Source: Vicugna vicugna
Taxonomy: Eukaryota
NCBI GenBank assembly: GCA_013265495.1
Contig: MU058065.1
Location: forward strand, 5,578,302-5,642,301
Length of the DNA stretch: 64,000 nt
Reading direction: 5' to 3'
Positions within the stretch are counted from its first letter, which is position 1. Each line of letters opens with the position of its first letter. Shown piece after piece: positions 49,070 to 62,655 of this stretch. The notes under the pieces are model-generated. The model did no database searches, was not told the DNA's origin, and saw only the letters and a program-made list of their open reading frames with translations. The position numbers and the translations under genes were made by a program.

Positions 49070-50965
49070 AGATGCAGGAGTTAAGTATTTTTAATCAGCC
49101 TGATAAATAATATATCCTATATCCTGTGTCCTAGAAAAGAGACAAGAAATAATTATTAATAATAATAAGCAAGAAAACACAAAAAGAATCAAACAGAAAT
49201 ATTAGTCATAAAAACATAACAGAAAGAAAGAGAGAGCAGATCTGATACTGCCTAAAATTAAATCAGTGAATTGGGAGACCAGAGTGAAGAAATATCCCAA
49301 AAGGAAGAAGAAAAAGACAAAGAAATAGATAATAAAAAAGCAAAGCTGAAAGATAAGGAAGATAGACTAACATTTAGATAATAGGAGCTCCACTAAAGGG
49401 AGGAAAAACAATGGAGAGGAAGACATATTTGAGGACATAATGGGAACGAATTTCTCTGCATTAAGAAAACTTTTATGTATACATACCTATAACACATACC
49501 TATATATAACAAGATTTAAGAATTCTTTTAAAGTTACAAAAGCTTATCATAGAAAGAGCAGATCACACACAAAAGAACAAGAATCAGATTGACATTAGTA
49601 ATATCAAATGCAAAAAAAGAGTAATGTTTTCATAGAATTGAAAGAAATAGAATATAGAATCTAGTATTTTATATTCAACCAACCCTAATACTTATATTCA
49701 AGAATTAGAGCCAAATAAAAATATTCTTAAGCATGCAAGATATGCTGCAGAAAGATGTGCATTATAAATAGTTTGGGTTGAAGTACATGGGAGAGAAAAA
49801 CCTACGCGATTCTACAACAGATTTGTAGGACAAGGATGGTCAAATGCCTTGATAAACTTTCTTATTGTTTAAAAAAGAAAAAAGCTAAGTCCAGAGGAAA
49901 AGAGAAATTACATCTATAACAATCTAGAATTAAAGTTTAGGCTTTATCAACATGATGGGGGAAGATGGAGGAGAGAGCAGGGAATTCTAAATTTTCACCT
50001 AAGGCAAAATTAGGGAGATACAGACATATCACGAGAAATAAAAGTAAGGAAGATAAGAAGAAAGTGTTGTAAAAGTGCACAAGCTGAAAAATTAAGATGA
50101 TAAGAATAGGTCCCAGTGTGTCCTTATGTCATTTATTATAACAAAGGTAGATGGACTGAGCTCACCAGTTAAAGAGAAGGGCTGACAGATTGGAGTTATT
50201 TTTTAAATTCTGGTATGTGCTATTTATAAGAGACACACTTCAAACATGAGGATGTGCAAAGATTGAAAGTAAAATTACGGGAAAAGATACACTAGACAAA
50301 TATTAACCAAAAGAAAGCTGACTTAGCTATATTAATTCCAGAAAAGAGATTCTTTGAGAGCAATATTAGCAATAGAAGGAGTTCCCTAGGATGCAGCAAC
50401 TCCACTTCTAGGTATGAACCCAAGGGAAAATTGTACACATGTGTAAAGAGTGAGGCAGACAGACTCTAAAGTTGCCCCCACTATCCCGGCTTCTGGTACT
50501 TATACTCCCAGGCAATCTCCTCCCCTTGAGTGTGGGCAGGTCCCACACTTGCTTTGATGGGTCCTATATCAGCTAACACTCTAACTGGTGAATGGGAAAC
50601 AAACCGCAGTACATGCACATGCACAGCAACAACAGATACATGCAACAACATGGGTGAATCTCCAATGTACTACACTCAGTGAAAGAAGCCAGATTCAAGA
50701 GATGACTGTACGATTGATTCCATGTACATGATTTTCTGGAAGAGGCAGAACTATGGAGATAAGAAAATGACCAGTAGTTGCCAACGACTGAAGGTTGAAA
50801 GAAGAAATTGACAATAAAGAGGCACAAGGGAAACTTTCAGAGTGAAGGAGGTGTTATCCGTGTTGTTTGGGTGGTAGTTATAGAACAGTATTCATTTGTC
50901 AAAACTCATAAAATTATACACCATAATGGGTGAATTTTACTCTACGTAAGTTATTTCTCAATTTT
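49070..50965 (+). mobile_element. Decayed ancient L1M (ORF1, ORF2 start and 3' end pieces) with an MLT1 fragment at about 50451-50560
   Basis: A-rich: aatcagtgaattgggagaccagagtgaagaaatatccca...aagaatcagattgacatta...ctatttataagagacacact...gcaacaacatgggtgaatctc...tttgtcaaaactcat. Confidence 0.7.
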
Positions 50966-52289
50966 GTATGTATGTTGGTGTATAGATGTATCAGTTAAGT
51001 GCCCCTTTCGATAATCCCCTGAACCAGATCCTTCACCCTGCTATGTCCTCCAGCCCTTCCTACATCCTATAAGAAGAACAAAATGAGAAGTTGTGTCACA
51101 GGAAATATTACGGTTAAAATTATTGTAGAGAATGACCTTGAAAGGGGACTGAGGGAAGAGAAGGGAGAGTCTCAACAAAGTGATGTATATAAAAAGGAGG
51201 CAGGACTCCAGAAAAAAGGACGCAGAAGAATGAAGGAGTGAACATTATTTTCTTTGCCTTGTTGATGGGGAGTGTTTCTGATGCTTTTTTTTTTTTTAAC
51301 AACAGTAAACCTTGTTTCGTCCAAGGCAGAGAGTTACTGTGTCTTGATTCAACCGCCAGCAATATAGGGACTCCTCTCCAAACTGGCAGCTCTGTTTGGT
51401 CCAGAGTCTCTTTGCCTTGGAATGCCCAGATAAATGGCCCATTAGCAGCCCACAAAGAGATTAAGAAACAATTCCATTTCAGAGAATGCATAGTTTATGC
51501 AAAGAACGATCCTTGAATCAGAACGTTCTGCTTCTACTATCTTTTACGAAGCAGAGGAGCAGGGGTTTTGAGGTCACAGTCAGCCTGACCATATTTTGTT
51601 CTTATCTCCCTATTTTCTACTCCATAATGAAACTTAAATAGCTCGCTATCGCTAAGTAAATAACTGGCGCCATAACAGCCTTCTGGAAGCTTTTAATTGT
51701 GTCAAACCAGCTCTTCAATTCTAAACATTCCTTATGACCAAATGGTACTTAGAGCTTTGGGTGTCTTCTTAGCAGATGGAGATAGGAACACAAAATGGGA
51801 TAAGAAAGCCGAAACTCCCCATTAATCGTGGTTGTGCTCCTTTATTCAAAGATCATAAAATGCCTGAAGTAATGTCTTTAATTTGGTGGGGGAGGAGGAA
51901 GGGTCTGACCGAGAAGCAGAAAGCCTGGATTTTAGTCCCTTCTGGGCTTCTGCCCAGCTGCGTGATTTGGGATAGTCACTCAATAACTTCTTTGTACCTC
52001 ATCTCCCTCTTGTGTACACCTGACTCTGTAGTCAGGGTGTTTCCTCCCTACTGTCCCAAGTCAGGTGCTCTAGTGGGCAACAGGTTTACCCCAAAGTTCC
52101 AGAATAGGAACTCCCCTTTCACCTCTACAGCTCATTGTCCGGAGATTCCCTTTGGTCTTACCAGTGTTTTAGGAACATTGTAGAGAAGTGCCCCACAACG
52201 TGCCCAAATTATGTGGCATTCAAAAAGAACTCCAGGCTACTGCTGCCAGCCCACTGTAACTCAAGATAAAGGATTACCCTAGACAAAGG

Positions 52290-52445
52290 TTTTCAATGGG
52301 CAGGAACAATTGGAAACGCCAGGTGAGACAAATCAAACAGATTTCTTCACTGCAGGACTTCCCAGAGCCTTTGTTTGCGCACGTGCTTTGAGACTTTCCT
52401 AGAAGGGGGTGCAGAAGTATTTTGAACAAGGCATCACTTTTTTCA
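52290..52445. mobile_element. Old hAT-Charlie fragment
   Basis: tttcttcactgcaggacttcccagagccttt..., reverse-similar to 7700-7740. Confidence 0.45.
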
Positions 52446-52522
52446 AAGATCGACACTCTGCACGGAAATGCCCAGGTCCAAATTTAGGGTGCTATCTGTT
52501 TATATTTTATGGTACCTCTTAT

Positions 52523-52655
52523 CAGGAGGTACTCAACCCCGGCTGCAGAACAGCATCAGGGTGTCTCATTCCTAGAAATTGGGCTTTAATTGGTCTGAGG
52601 GGTGGGGCCTGGGCACAGATGGATGTTGATTTCAGCTCCCTAGTGATTCTAACCA
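52523..52655 (+). mobile_element. MER5A1-like fragment
   Basis: caggaggtactcaaccccggctgca...tttaattggtctgaggggtggggcctgggca...gctccctagtgattctaa. Confidence 0.65.
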
Positions 52656-52939
52656 GGGAGCAAGAGAAGTGCCTCCTTTTCATGCCGGTTATCGAGCATT
52701 AAAGGGAGAGCACACCCAACTCCTAGATCAATATTGGGGAGCAAACCCAAACAAGGGTTTGTCTCTACCCAGACTCTAACCCACAGGATCCAGAGCCTCT
52801 GCCTGCTGGGACATTCTCCTTGGAAAATTACGAATGAGTGATGCAGCACCTCCTAGCAGTTACTTACTCAATTGAGACTCTAGCCCTAATCATCTCTTTA
52901 AAAACCCTGTGGATTTTTCCTTTCAAGATGGAAATCATT

Positions 52940-53330
52940 TCACTGATTTTCTGGTTGTAAATATAATGCCTGCTCATTGTGAGGGTAAAAAACACATAAA
53001 AGTGTGAAGCAAAAAATAAACAATTGTTCTTAAACCTCCCCATTCCCCCACTGTGAGCACCATGTGTTTGCTTCTAGACTTTTATATGTTTTTAATATTG
53101 TTGCATAATCTGGTTTTTTACTTATCAGTATAACTTAATATACCTTTCTATCCCAATGTGTGGATTGAATATGTATTTATTTGCTATCTCTTGAAGGTCT
53201 TTTTATCCCAATATAAATAAAACTGCACCATCATTTTTAATGGTCCTATCATATTCTGGGCATACCATAAATTACGTATCTGACCGGTTCCTGAGAATAA
53301 ATTCTTAGAAGCAGAATTGCTCTGTCCAAA
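52940..53330 (-). mobile_element. Ancient L1ME 3' end
   Basis: tataatgcctgctcattgt...catcatttttaatgg...gcataccataaatt...aaattcttagaagcagaattgct. Confidence 0.55.
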
Positions 53331-54284
53331 TCCCCATTCAGCTGAACCTGCTCAGCCAGGCCTCCAATTTCTTTTCCCTGTCCAAGGGAGCTCCCCTCCC
53401 CCTCATTTCCCCATCTCTACGCCTTCCAGCCTTCTCCACGCTCTGGCCTTGTTCATAAAATATTTTCTGGCTGCTATCGGTCCAAGTCCCTCTACCTTTT
53501 ATCAAACGTTTTTCGAGCTTTATCTCTTAAAGCCGATATTTTACTATAGAAAGCCTTGCTTCTGTGCAAATCTCCTCTCCTTGGACCAACTGGTTTAATT
53601 CAGGCTGGAGGTCTCATCCCCCAGCAGAGGTCACCAAATCCTCTTTCAAGGAAGTAGCTAGGAGGCAGCAAGCTGAGGTTGACGGTACTGGAAAGCCTCC
53701 CCACCACACACACCCGACACCCCACCCCCCCACCCCCGCACAGCCCCTCCACCTGCCCAGGAGAACACTTGGACTTCCCTCGGGGGCCTCACTTGTCACT
53801 CTGTGTTATAATTGTTTACACGTCAGCTTCCCCTCCAAACAATAAATCTCTGTCCCCTTCTTCCCTGTCCCTCCTGACTCCAGCAGCACACCTGACTGAG
53901 AAGGCACCTTCACGGCTCACTGAATGTCTGCTGTTAAAAGGACATGTTTTTCCAGGAAAAACCCTGAGCTGTGTTGCTAATATGAAAAATAGTAACTATG
54001 ACCCACTTCCCACCTTTTGCCAGAAAAGACACAGCCTCAAGCCTGCGCCGGGCTGACTCACACAACCTCACCGCTGAAATATGGAGAGAGTCCCGAAATC
54101 AAAAGCATTCCAATCAAAAGCTCAGTTTTTCTTCTTGTGACTCCACCCCAGCACCCCAGCCCAGCCTCGCTGGCTGTGGGGGCGCAGGACGAAACCCCTC
54201 TCCATGCCAGCCTGGCTCCTGGCAGTGGTGGCCCCTTGTGACTTGTTCCTGCCAGCTCCACTTAGGAACCCCGCACGATTTGAA

Positions 54285-54720
54285 GATCATTTATTCAACA
54301 AGTCTTTGCAGCTGGCAACGCTGGTGATGCAGACAGAGAAGTCCAGTCTTCAAAGTGGTTACATTTCAAGGACACCCAAAACCGGTAAACTAACCCATAA
54401 AATAATTATACATTTTGATGGATACTTTGAAGGAAATAAACAGGAGGCAAAAATGAAGAATAAGATGTATATTATGATCAGCTTCAGCCAGGGCGACCAG
54501 GGAAGGCCTGGCAGAGGAGGTGAGATTTTAGCTGGAGGCACTGGCCCGGTGCCTGCACTGGCGTTGGAGGGGAACATCCTTCCTGGACAGAGAACAGCAT
54601 CCTTGGGCAACCCTCAGGTGGCAAAGGGCAAAGGGCACAGCATATTTAGGGCCTGGAGCCTGGTGAATGATGGGGAGAGAGACAGAGGTGAGTCGAGGGC
54701 ACAGACAGGTGTGTCACAGT
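54285..54720 (-). mobile_element. L2 fragment
   Basis: atcatttattcaacaag...cagggaaggcctggcagaggaggtgagatttta...ggaacatccttcctggacagagaacagca. Confidence 0.65.
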
Positions 54721-56462
54721 ATAGTTAGGTGCCTGCAGTCTAAATTATCTGTGAGAATTCAGAGTCCTGTTGGTTACCATAGTTAAGTCATCTGGATTCA
54801 GAATTATTAAATACCTCAGGTTTTTTGGTTGTTTTTTTTTTTTACATCTCTCATAAACAAAATTATTTTCTTTGACTTTTCAAAGTATCTTAAACCGTGG
54901 TCAGATCAAGTCCACCACGGTAGAATAAAAGTAGAACAAAACTTTGGAAAATTACATGAAAATTCTCTGAAATGCAAATTTTAATGTGTTTTCAATTTCT
55001 TTTAATTAAAGAAATAAAGCATAACTACCCATGCCATTTCAGGATTTTTTTTTCTTTCTAGTTTCAACTTTTTAATTAAAAGTTCTGCACAGATTCCTCA
55101 GTCATGGGGGAAGGATACAGAAGGGAGTGAGGCAGGAAAAAGCCATTTTATACAATTTGTGAAATAGGAACGTGGATCCTCCTTTTTGCCCCCAAAATAG
55201 TGTTGCTTAAACCTCCCACTGTCAGCTCCCCGCACCTATTTCTGCTCCGATGGGGTTGGGGGGACCCACTTCCGTCGACTTCCACGACTTCTTTCAATGG
55301 AGGTATTTTTGCCTCTGTGCTCCAGTTTACTCGTCTGGCCCCAAAGTTAGAACCCAGGCAAGGGTCGAGGCAAACAGGGTCTGATGTGAAAGGAATGCAT
55401 GAATGGGGAGCTGTTTTCTGCTGGAGGGAAGGGAGGGGTCGCACGGCTAATTCCAGCATGTGTTATTGGGAAGTATGACGTCTTACCACACAAAGTCTTC
55501 CTTATTCGTGACTGCTTGTGAATAAAACACACATTGAATCGTTCTGAGTGCTGCTTTTAAAACCCTGCGTCCTGGTCAGAACACCTCCAACCACTGGGCT
55601 CCAGGAAGCTGTCTTTGCCGATTCCCAAAAGTAACTCAAATCCAAACACCTGGAGGAGGGGGACAGGCGCCGCGCTGGACAAGGCGCAGTTAGTTCTATC
55701 ACGACCTGCTGGGATTAGCATCACTCAGCTAGCCTTTTTCATTCTTACCCTGACAAATAATTCCCCGAGTCTTTTTGAAACAATTCACTTTGCGAACACG
55801 CGGTCTTAGAAGGTTTGCAGCATTGCCAGGAACCGTGAGAAAACAAGAAAAGCAAGACATAGTAATTAGCCTTCAAAAAAGTTTACTGATTAAAGGTTTA
55901 CTAAAAGGTTCTTATCAACAAATGGAGGGGGTGCTGAGGGGGATTTCAGTGGAAGGTTGTCGAGCAGCACTATGCAGCTCACCTGGGAGAGGGTACAAAA
56001 TGCCATGGGATTAAAGGAGGAAGACATACCCCCTGTCTGTGGAGACCAAGCATATGGCTTCAGAAGGAGTCGTCTCTAAAGTTCTGTTCTGTTTCTTATG
56101 CCTCAGTACTGAGGAAGGTTCTGGGAGAGGCTGTGCTTTGCCAGGGTCAACTTTTCTTGCCACTTAAATTACAAGGAAACATCACTGAGTCTGCACAGTA
56201 CAAGAAATGTCAGAGTTCTGACATCTTAAAAAGAAAAGCTGGCATTCTGAAATCCCCAGATGAGCATGCCAACCAGTTGAACCCAAATAAAAGTCTAGGA
56301 GATTTTTAACACTGCCTTTTGCCATACCCTCCACTAAGGACTCTTTTATGGCATGGGATGCCATCAGTCTGCAGGAGAGACACCTTAAAGCCTCCGTGAG
56401 TTTTCTCCAGTTCCTTCCATATCTAATCTGGGGCTCCATAGTCAGGTTTCCTTGTTTAGCAA

Positions 56463-56998
56463 TGTCAGTTGGAAAAAAAAAGAAAAAGCACATAAGAGCT
56501 GTGATTTGAGTCTCATTCAGTGTCTTACTGAGAACTATAGCCAGGGAAACAGCCTCTCAGATGGGACTGACAAACTGTTCTGAAGAGGTAGGGGAGGAGC
56601 AAGTATACATAAGAATTTTGGGGGCTGAGGAATACATGGTATTTGGTAAAAGATTACTGCTTGGTAAAAGATTACTTGGTAATCACAAGTAAAAGATTGT
56701 GCTAATCACAATCTTTTGGTCAAAGATCTTGGTAAAAGATTACTGCTCATCACAAAAAAAAAAGTTATCTCAAGGTAATGACATTAGTTCTTATCTATGT
56801 ATGGGAAGATGCAAGAATCTGGGATCACCGAAATTCTTCCTTAGATGTGCATCTTAACTATAGAGGGGCCCACAGATCTAAACCATGAAATGCCTCATCC
56901 TGAATTCCTTTCCGGGTGTACTGTAGGTCAGGAACTGCAGAGGCTAATGACTTGATCCTTGTAGGACTGAGATGGCAGGCAATATTTTTTTGTTTATA
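56463..56998 (-). mobile_element. ERV1-class solo LTR related to 3161-3533, with an internal motif array
   Basis: cagcctctcagat...ctgttctgaagaggtaggggaggagc and atctcaag...tctatgtatggga are shared (reverse) with the 3.3-kb LTR; flanks gcaa/gaaa. Confidence 0.75.
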
Positions 56999-57516
56999 GA
57001 AAGAAAGCACAGCAAATAGACCAGCACTTATGGCCAATGGGGAAATGTGTTCTTTCCAACGAAACGGGGCCCCTGAGAGTTACTTTTAGGCCAGGATCAT
57101 CACACATGTTGCTTACACCTGGATAACTTCCCCACATGAATACTGTGAAAATGTGATAACTTCATCACAAATGAATCATGATGCTCATTCCTACCAAGTC
57201 CAAATGATGCCCCAGATCCCTCTTAACATAGGAGTCCAGGAACTCATTACCAATCAACAGGAATTGTCACAATAGATTAAATCTAAGGGACAGCTCTATG
57301 TGGCAGTTCACTTCCTATGAAAAGAACAATGGGACCAGTAACAATCAGAGTCTTGGGCCCTGCAAAAAGCCTTATAGGGACTTGAGACAAATCACTAAGA
57401 TGGCTACATCTAAAACAAAATGAATTTGTTAGATTCAGTCTTCCAAGGCTTGCTGAATAAATAACAGCCTTAAATTTTTGTTGACTCAGGTTTGAGTTTT
57501 AAAGTAGATACAAATA

Positions 57517-57750
57517 CAGTTGACCCCTGAACAATGTGGGCATTAGGGGCGCCGAGTCTGCACAGTTGAAAATTTGAGTATCACTTATGGTCAGTCCTCC
57601 CTATAAACAATTCCTCCATATCTGAGTTTCCACATCCAAGGACTTAACTCACAGTGGAGCGTGGGGTACTGTTGTTTTTCCTATTGAAAAAAAGTCCATG
57701 TAGAAGTGGACCCACACAGCTCAAACTCATTGTTGTTCAATGGCCAACCA
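57517..57750. mobile_element. Tigger2-family MITE (MER8/Tigger2a-like)
   Basis: TA | cagttgacccctgaacaa ... ttgttcaatggccaacca | TA. Confidence 0.85.
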
Positions 57751-58313
57751 TACACCAAGACTCCAACTTTCAGAGCAGTTAACTTGGAGGGTAAGTCACT
57801 TTACAAAAAGGTTTGCCAAAGTTGTCTTTAAATGCCAAGTTTCTCTCCACGAAATGTGTTAAAGACTCAATGACCTGAAAGAAAAGGAAAGGAAGAAGAT
57901 GGTTGGATAAACATAAGCCACATCAGTGAGACACGACAGCCATTTGAAAATGAATCCCGAGCAACCACAAAGCAGCTATGAGAAAATGTGATTCTGCTTA
58001 TACAAGTCTCATCCATACATGTATCTTCAGAAACAACTTGATCCTTTGAAACAATCTCACACTGGGCTTGACGTACAGCACCTTGTTGCTGAATACCAGT
58101 CAAGTGTGAACCACAGGCCAAGGATGGAGTAACCTCAGGGAGAGACAGGAAAGGAGCTGGTCATTTATCCCTGAAGGTGTGCATTAGGACATGTCCAAAA
58201 AGAGCACGCCAACTGCTGTGGAGTAGTCTTGAGGTTTTCATCCAATCTCAGAACAGTCAATCTCATTCAGTGGTTATGAAGGTCAGTCAGACCATGCCCC
58301 GTTTAATTTAGAG

Positions 58314-58530
58314 CAGCAGTTGTCAAACTCCATACCCTGGAGGTGCCTTGGGGCTGCCCACCAGGGAGTGGGAGGTGAAGCAGACAGGTAGACAGGACTG
58401 TAATACTCCCCCAACAAACTCACCCACGCTGCAGTCAGAGCGGCCCCTCTTTCATCTTTTCTTCAGCTTGATGTTCCACATAAGATTTCATTTGCAAAGA
58501 CACAGCTTCACTACCAAAAAAAAAAAATGG
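58314..58530. mobile_element. hAT-Charlie MITE (MER102-like)
   Basis: cagcagttgtcaaact...gaggtgccttggggctgcc...gttccacataagatttcatttgcaaaga. Confidence 0.6.
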
Positions 58531-58659
58531 AGGTGGGGAGTGTTTCTTAGTTACTATTCTAACATGTGGTCAGACATCAACATGGTCCCCAGAACCAAAA
58601 GTAACAAACAGGATAGTAGGGAGAGAAATGTTCCTGCACCAAAGCAGGATATGCAAGAT

Positions 58660-61460
58660 TCAATTTTTAAACTTTTATTTGGAAATAACTTTAAATTTAG
58701 AGAAAAGTTATAAGAATAAACTTGATAAAAGATTGCTTGATTTTCTTTTCCCTAGATTCACCTAGTGCTGACAGCTTACTCATGTGCTTTATTATTTGCT
58801 TACTTTATTTCTTCTCTCTCTCCCTTTCATATATATTTTTCTCTTGATTTTTAAGGGAAATTACATATATCTTGGCCACTTACCCCTAAATACATGAATT
58901 GTATTCCTTATGAATAGAAACACTCGCTTCCATAATTATAGTATGGTTATCATCTTCAGTAAATTTAACTTCAGAACAATACTTTTATCTAATCTACTGT
59001 TCATATCCCATTTTTGTCAATTGATCTAATAATGTTGTTACAGCATTTTCTCTCCAGTAAAGAATCCAGCCTAGGGTCAAGGATTGCATTTAGCTGTCAC
59101 ATCTCTTTATCCTTTTAATCTGAAACACTTCCAGAGTCTCTCTCGGTCATCCACAATGACATTTTTTTTAAAGCAAAGAGCTCCCCTCTCCCCATTTTTA
59201 ATCAAATGTTTCTCATTTGGAGTTTATCTAATGTTTCTTCATGATTCGGTTTACACAGTCTTGGCCAAAATACTACATAATTGCTGTTGTATCTTTCTCA
59301 GTGTATCACATCTAGAGGTACGTGATGGCCATCAGCTCTCACGGTTGATGCAAATTTTGATCAGTCAAGCTGTAGAATTTCTCAACTGTATAATAGCTAT
59401 TTTTTTCCCCCTTGGACCTAGTCATCAGTCTGTGGGAGATCCTTTAAGACCATGCAAATATCCTGCTCCTCATCTAACTTTCCCCCTAAATTTAGTATGT
59501 ATTGATGATTCTTGCTTGATCTAAACTTTACCATAATGGTTGCAAAATGCTAACTTTCCAACTCTAGTACCTTCTCCCAATTTACCAGTTAGCATTCAGC
59601 ATTGTATTGTAAGGAACAGCCGTCCCCATATGTTTATTATTAATATATCCATTTGTTATTGGTATGGACTCATGAATTCTTATTTTTAATGGTTTATGAT
59701 TCATTATTTTATTTAATTATTTTGGCAGATTTAACCAGTAGAAATCCTTTCAAGCTGGCTCCTATGTCCTTATGACCTGCTTTCATCTTTATTTTATCAT
59801 TTTCTTAATTTCTAGCATAACAAAATTTTCTGGGCTCATCTCATACCTACCCTGCCCCAGCCCTGGAATCAGCTGTTTTTCCCAGGAGCCCTAGTTCCTT
59901 TTAGCGGGGAATGGTATTAGAGACCAAGATCTGGGCACTAGGTGTGCTGAGTGTAACTTAGGTGTTATTGCTTCTTGGCCCTTTTTAGCAGGCAAAACTA
60001 GGTAATATTTGTGTGCATATATACTCATATATACAAATATATATATATATATATGCATGTATATACATTTATAAACATATACTATATGTGTTTTAGAAAC
60101 ATGGTAACCACTGATGCCTCCAATTTCAATCCATCCCAAGAGAGTTCTTTTTGCCTTCCTTTACTCCATATTATGTCCTTTCTTCCCCAGCAAGAACCCT
60201 GGCTCCCAAGAACAATAATATATTTACAGTTGACCCTTGAACAATACAGGGATCAGAGTGCCAACCCACACACCCCACAGTTGAAAATCCTCATATAATT
60301 TTATAGTCGGCCCTCTGTATCCATTGGTCCACATCCATGAATTCAACCAACCTCACAATGTGTAGTATTTCTTAGATAAAAAAAAATCTCTGTATAAGTG
60401 GATCCACGCAGTTCAAACACGTGTTGTTCAAGGGTCACCTGTACTTAAAATTGTTCAGTCTTATAATACATACACCATTGGTTCAGAACTGCTTTCCCCT
60501 ACTCATACAAAACACAAGCCTACTCAAAAGAGCTCAGGATTTGTATGCAATTCCCTCTACCCCATGCTCCCACTTGACAGGCATTCAAAAGTGATTTGAA
60601 TTAGTCATTTCTTTTTTTTCTCTCCCTCTTCAGTGTTATGTTATTCATTTGAAGTATGACTGGGTGATTTGTTTCAGTTTGCTTTCAGCTTTAGGGATTT
60701 TTTCCCCTTCCCATCCTCATTAACTTTATTTTTGACTATATGGAACATTAACATGGCTTCTGAAGGTCAAAACTGTGCAAAAAGACACACTCTGAGAAGC
60801 ACTGCTCCCTCCATCTCTCTTCTGCCCTACTCCCCCCACCTCTTATAACCAACTTGAATGTTCCCTGATTTATCCATCCTGTGTTTCTCTTGTAAAGATA
60901 AGCAAATACATATGTTTTCTGATTTTCCTTCTTTCTTGCACAAAATGTAGCATATTATATATGTTCCTTTGCACTTTGCTTTTTTTTCTCACTTAACAAT
61001 ATCTCCTAGAAATCACTCCATGTCAGTTCATAGAGCTCTTCCTTTTTCTTGTTTATGGCCACATAGCACTCCATTGTGTGTGAGTACCATAGTTTTTTCC
61101 ATCAGTTTCCTACGTTTGGACATTAAGGTAATGTCCAATGTTTTTGTGATTACAAATAACACTCCCTTGTGATATTTGTATTTTGTATAATATTTGTCAT
61201 ATTTAAATATAAGATTTTGAATGCAATAATCTTGTGTATTTGCATTTTCACATTGATGGAATTTTATCAGGATAAATTCCTAGATGTCGGATTGCTGGGT
61301 CAAAGGATAAATACATATACAGTTCTGTTAAATATTAAATTTCCTTCCACAGGAATTGTACCATTTTTTATTCCCATCAACAATGTATAAGACCTGTTTC
61401 CCCATAGCCTTGCCAATAAGTATGTTGTCAAGCTTTCATATTTTTGCAAATCTGATGAGG
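58660..61460 (-). mobile_element. Ancient L1MC/L1ME 3' region(s)
   Basis: ttttatttggaaataactttaaatttagagaaaagtt...cagccctggaatcagctgtttttcccaggagccctagttcc...ggataaattcctaga..ggattgctgggtcaaagg. Confidence 0.8.
60227..60441. mobile_element. Tigger2-family MITE nested in L1MC
   Basis: TA | cagttgacccttgaacaa ... ttgttcaagggtcacctg | TA. Confidence 0.9.
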
Positions 61461-62454
61461 TGAGTTTGGATTTTAAAAAAAGGAACACAGTTATGCACAT
61501 TAAAAATTTAAAATGGAAAAGTAAAACAACACATAGAAAGGTCACGAGAGAATGGGGGAGGCAGGGACGACCTCATGCACTTTGTATTATAAATACATAG
61601 ATGGGATTAAGAAGTACTGAGATGAAAGAAGGAAGAGACTGACTAGTAAAAACCCTGAAATTAAAAGGATTGTTAAATTAACATGACACCCAGGCAAGGA
61701 GAGTCACTTTTACCGAGTGGTGATTGAATTCTGGAGTTGCATACTTAGACGGGGATAATACCAAGATGCATTTTCCTCCTGTTAACACGCCAAGATGCAT
61801 TTGTTGAAATGCCACCTCTGTGCCCTGTATATATTTATTTAATGGTATTTGTCTCACCGTATTACAATTATTTATTTTCAAGTTTGCCTTCTCTCCCAGA
61901 CGGTGAGCTTATTAAGGACGGAACCATGTCTTATTCCTGTCTGCATCTTTAGAACAGGATAATTACAGATGAGTTTGGTCTCTTGCAATTAAATCTTGGT
62001 GGAAGGGAAGGAAGGAGGCATGGAATGGGAGATGGACATATTCAGGAACAACCTAGAATGGAGGCTGTATATATCAAAACATCAAAGTTCGTTCCAGTGT
62101 GAGATTTTTGTTCAAGAAAAGCGCTTTTCCCACAGTCAACATACTGCAGCTTTTCCACACTATGTTTTTTCAACATACATTTAAATACAAATTCCCATCA
62201 GAATAAGAGGAAGGTGTCACATCCTGGGGATGATGGCTAATGCCCAGTGAACAGAAAAAAAACAGAAACTTCATGAATTTTGTCAAGATTAATCTTTTGG
62301 TGCCTAAGTAAATCTCCAAGCTTTGATTACAAGAGTCAGCACCTTGGTGAGAAATGGAAGTCAGTGGATTCAACGAAGCATGAAATTTCAGCACAGAATC
62401 ATCTACTAGCAGGCATTAATGACTAATAAGCCACCGTTACCACTGATGTAATAA

Positions 62455-62655
62455 ATAACTAAACTTGAGGGCTTGCCAACACTTTCACATGTTAATGCTT
62501 TGGATCCTCACAGTCTCAGGAAATAAGTTTTTTTGTGATAATCATTTTACAGAAGGGGAAAACAGGTCTTACTTACTTTACCCAAGATGGATGGGCCCTG
62601 ATTTTCTGAACTCTGTGGCTGCACACTGCAGGCCAAAGGTGCTGAGTTAAAACCT
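62455..62655 (-). mobile_element. MIR fragment
   Basis: ttggatcctcacagtctcagga...atcattttacagaaggggaaaacagg...acttactttacccaag. Confidence 0.55.

Noticed and set aside
54204..54728. 174-aa ORF
   Set aside because: Lies over an antisense L2 fragment
56643..56753. CRISPR-like repeat-spacer array
   Set aside because: Eukaryotic LTR context; units abut or have tiny non-unique spacers; no cas genes
57779..57900. Strong minus-strand acceptor at 57875 with open frame VIESLTHFVERNLAFKDNFGKPFCKVTYPPS
   Set aside because: No convincing donor or partner exon and no recognised homology; could be a cryptic or lncRNA site but is unsupported
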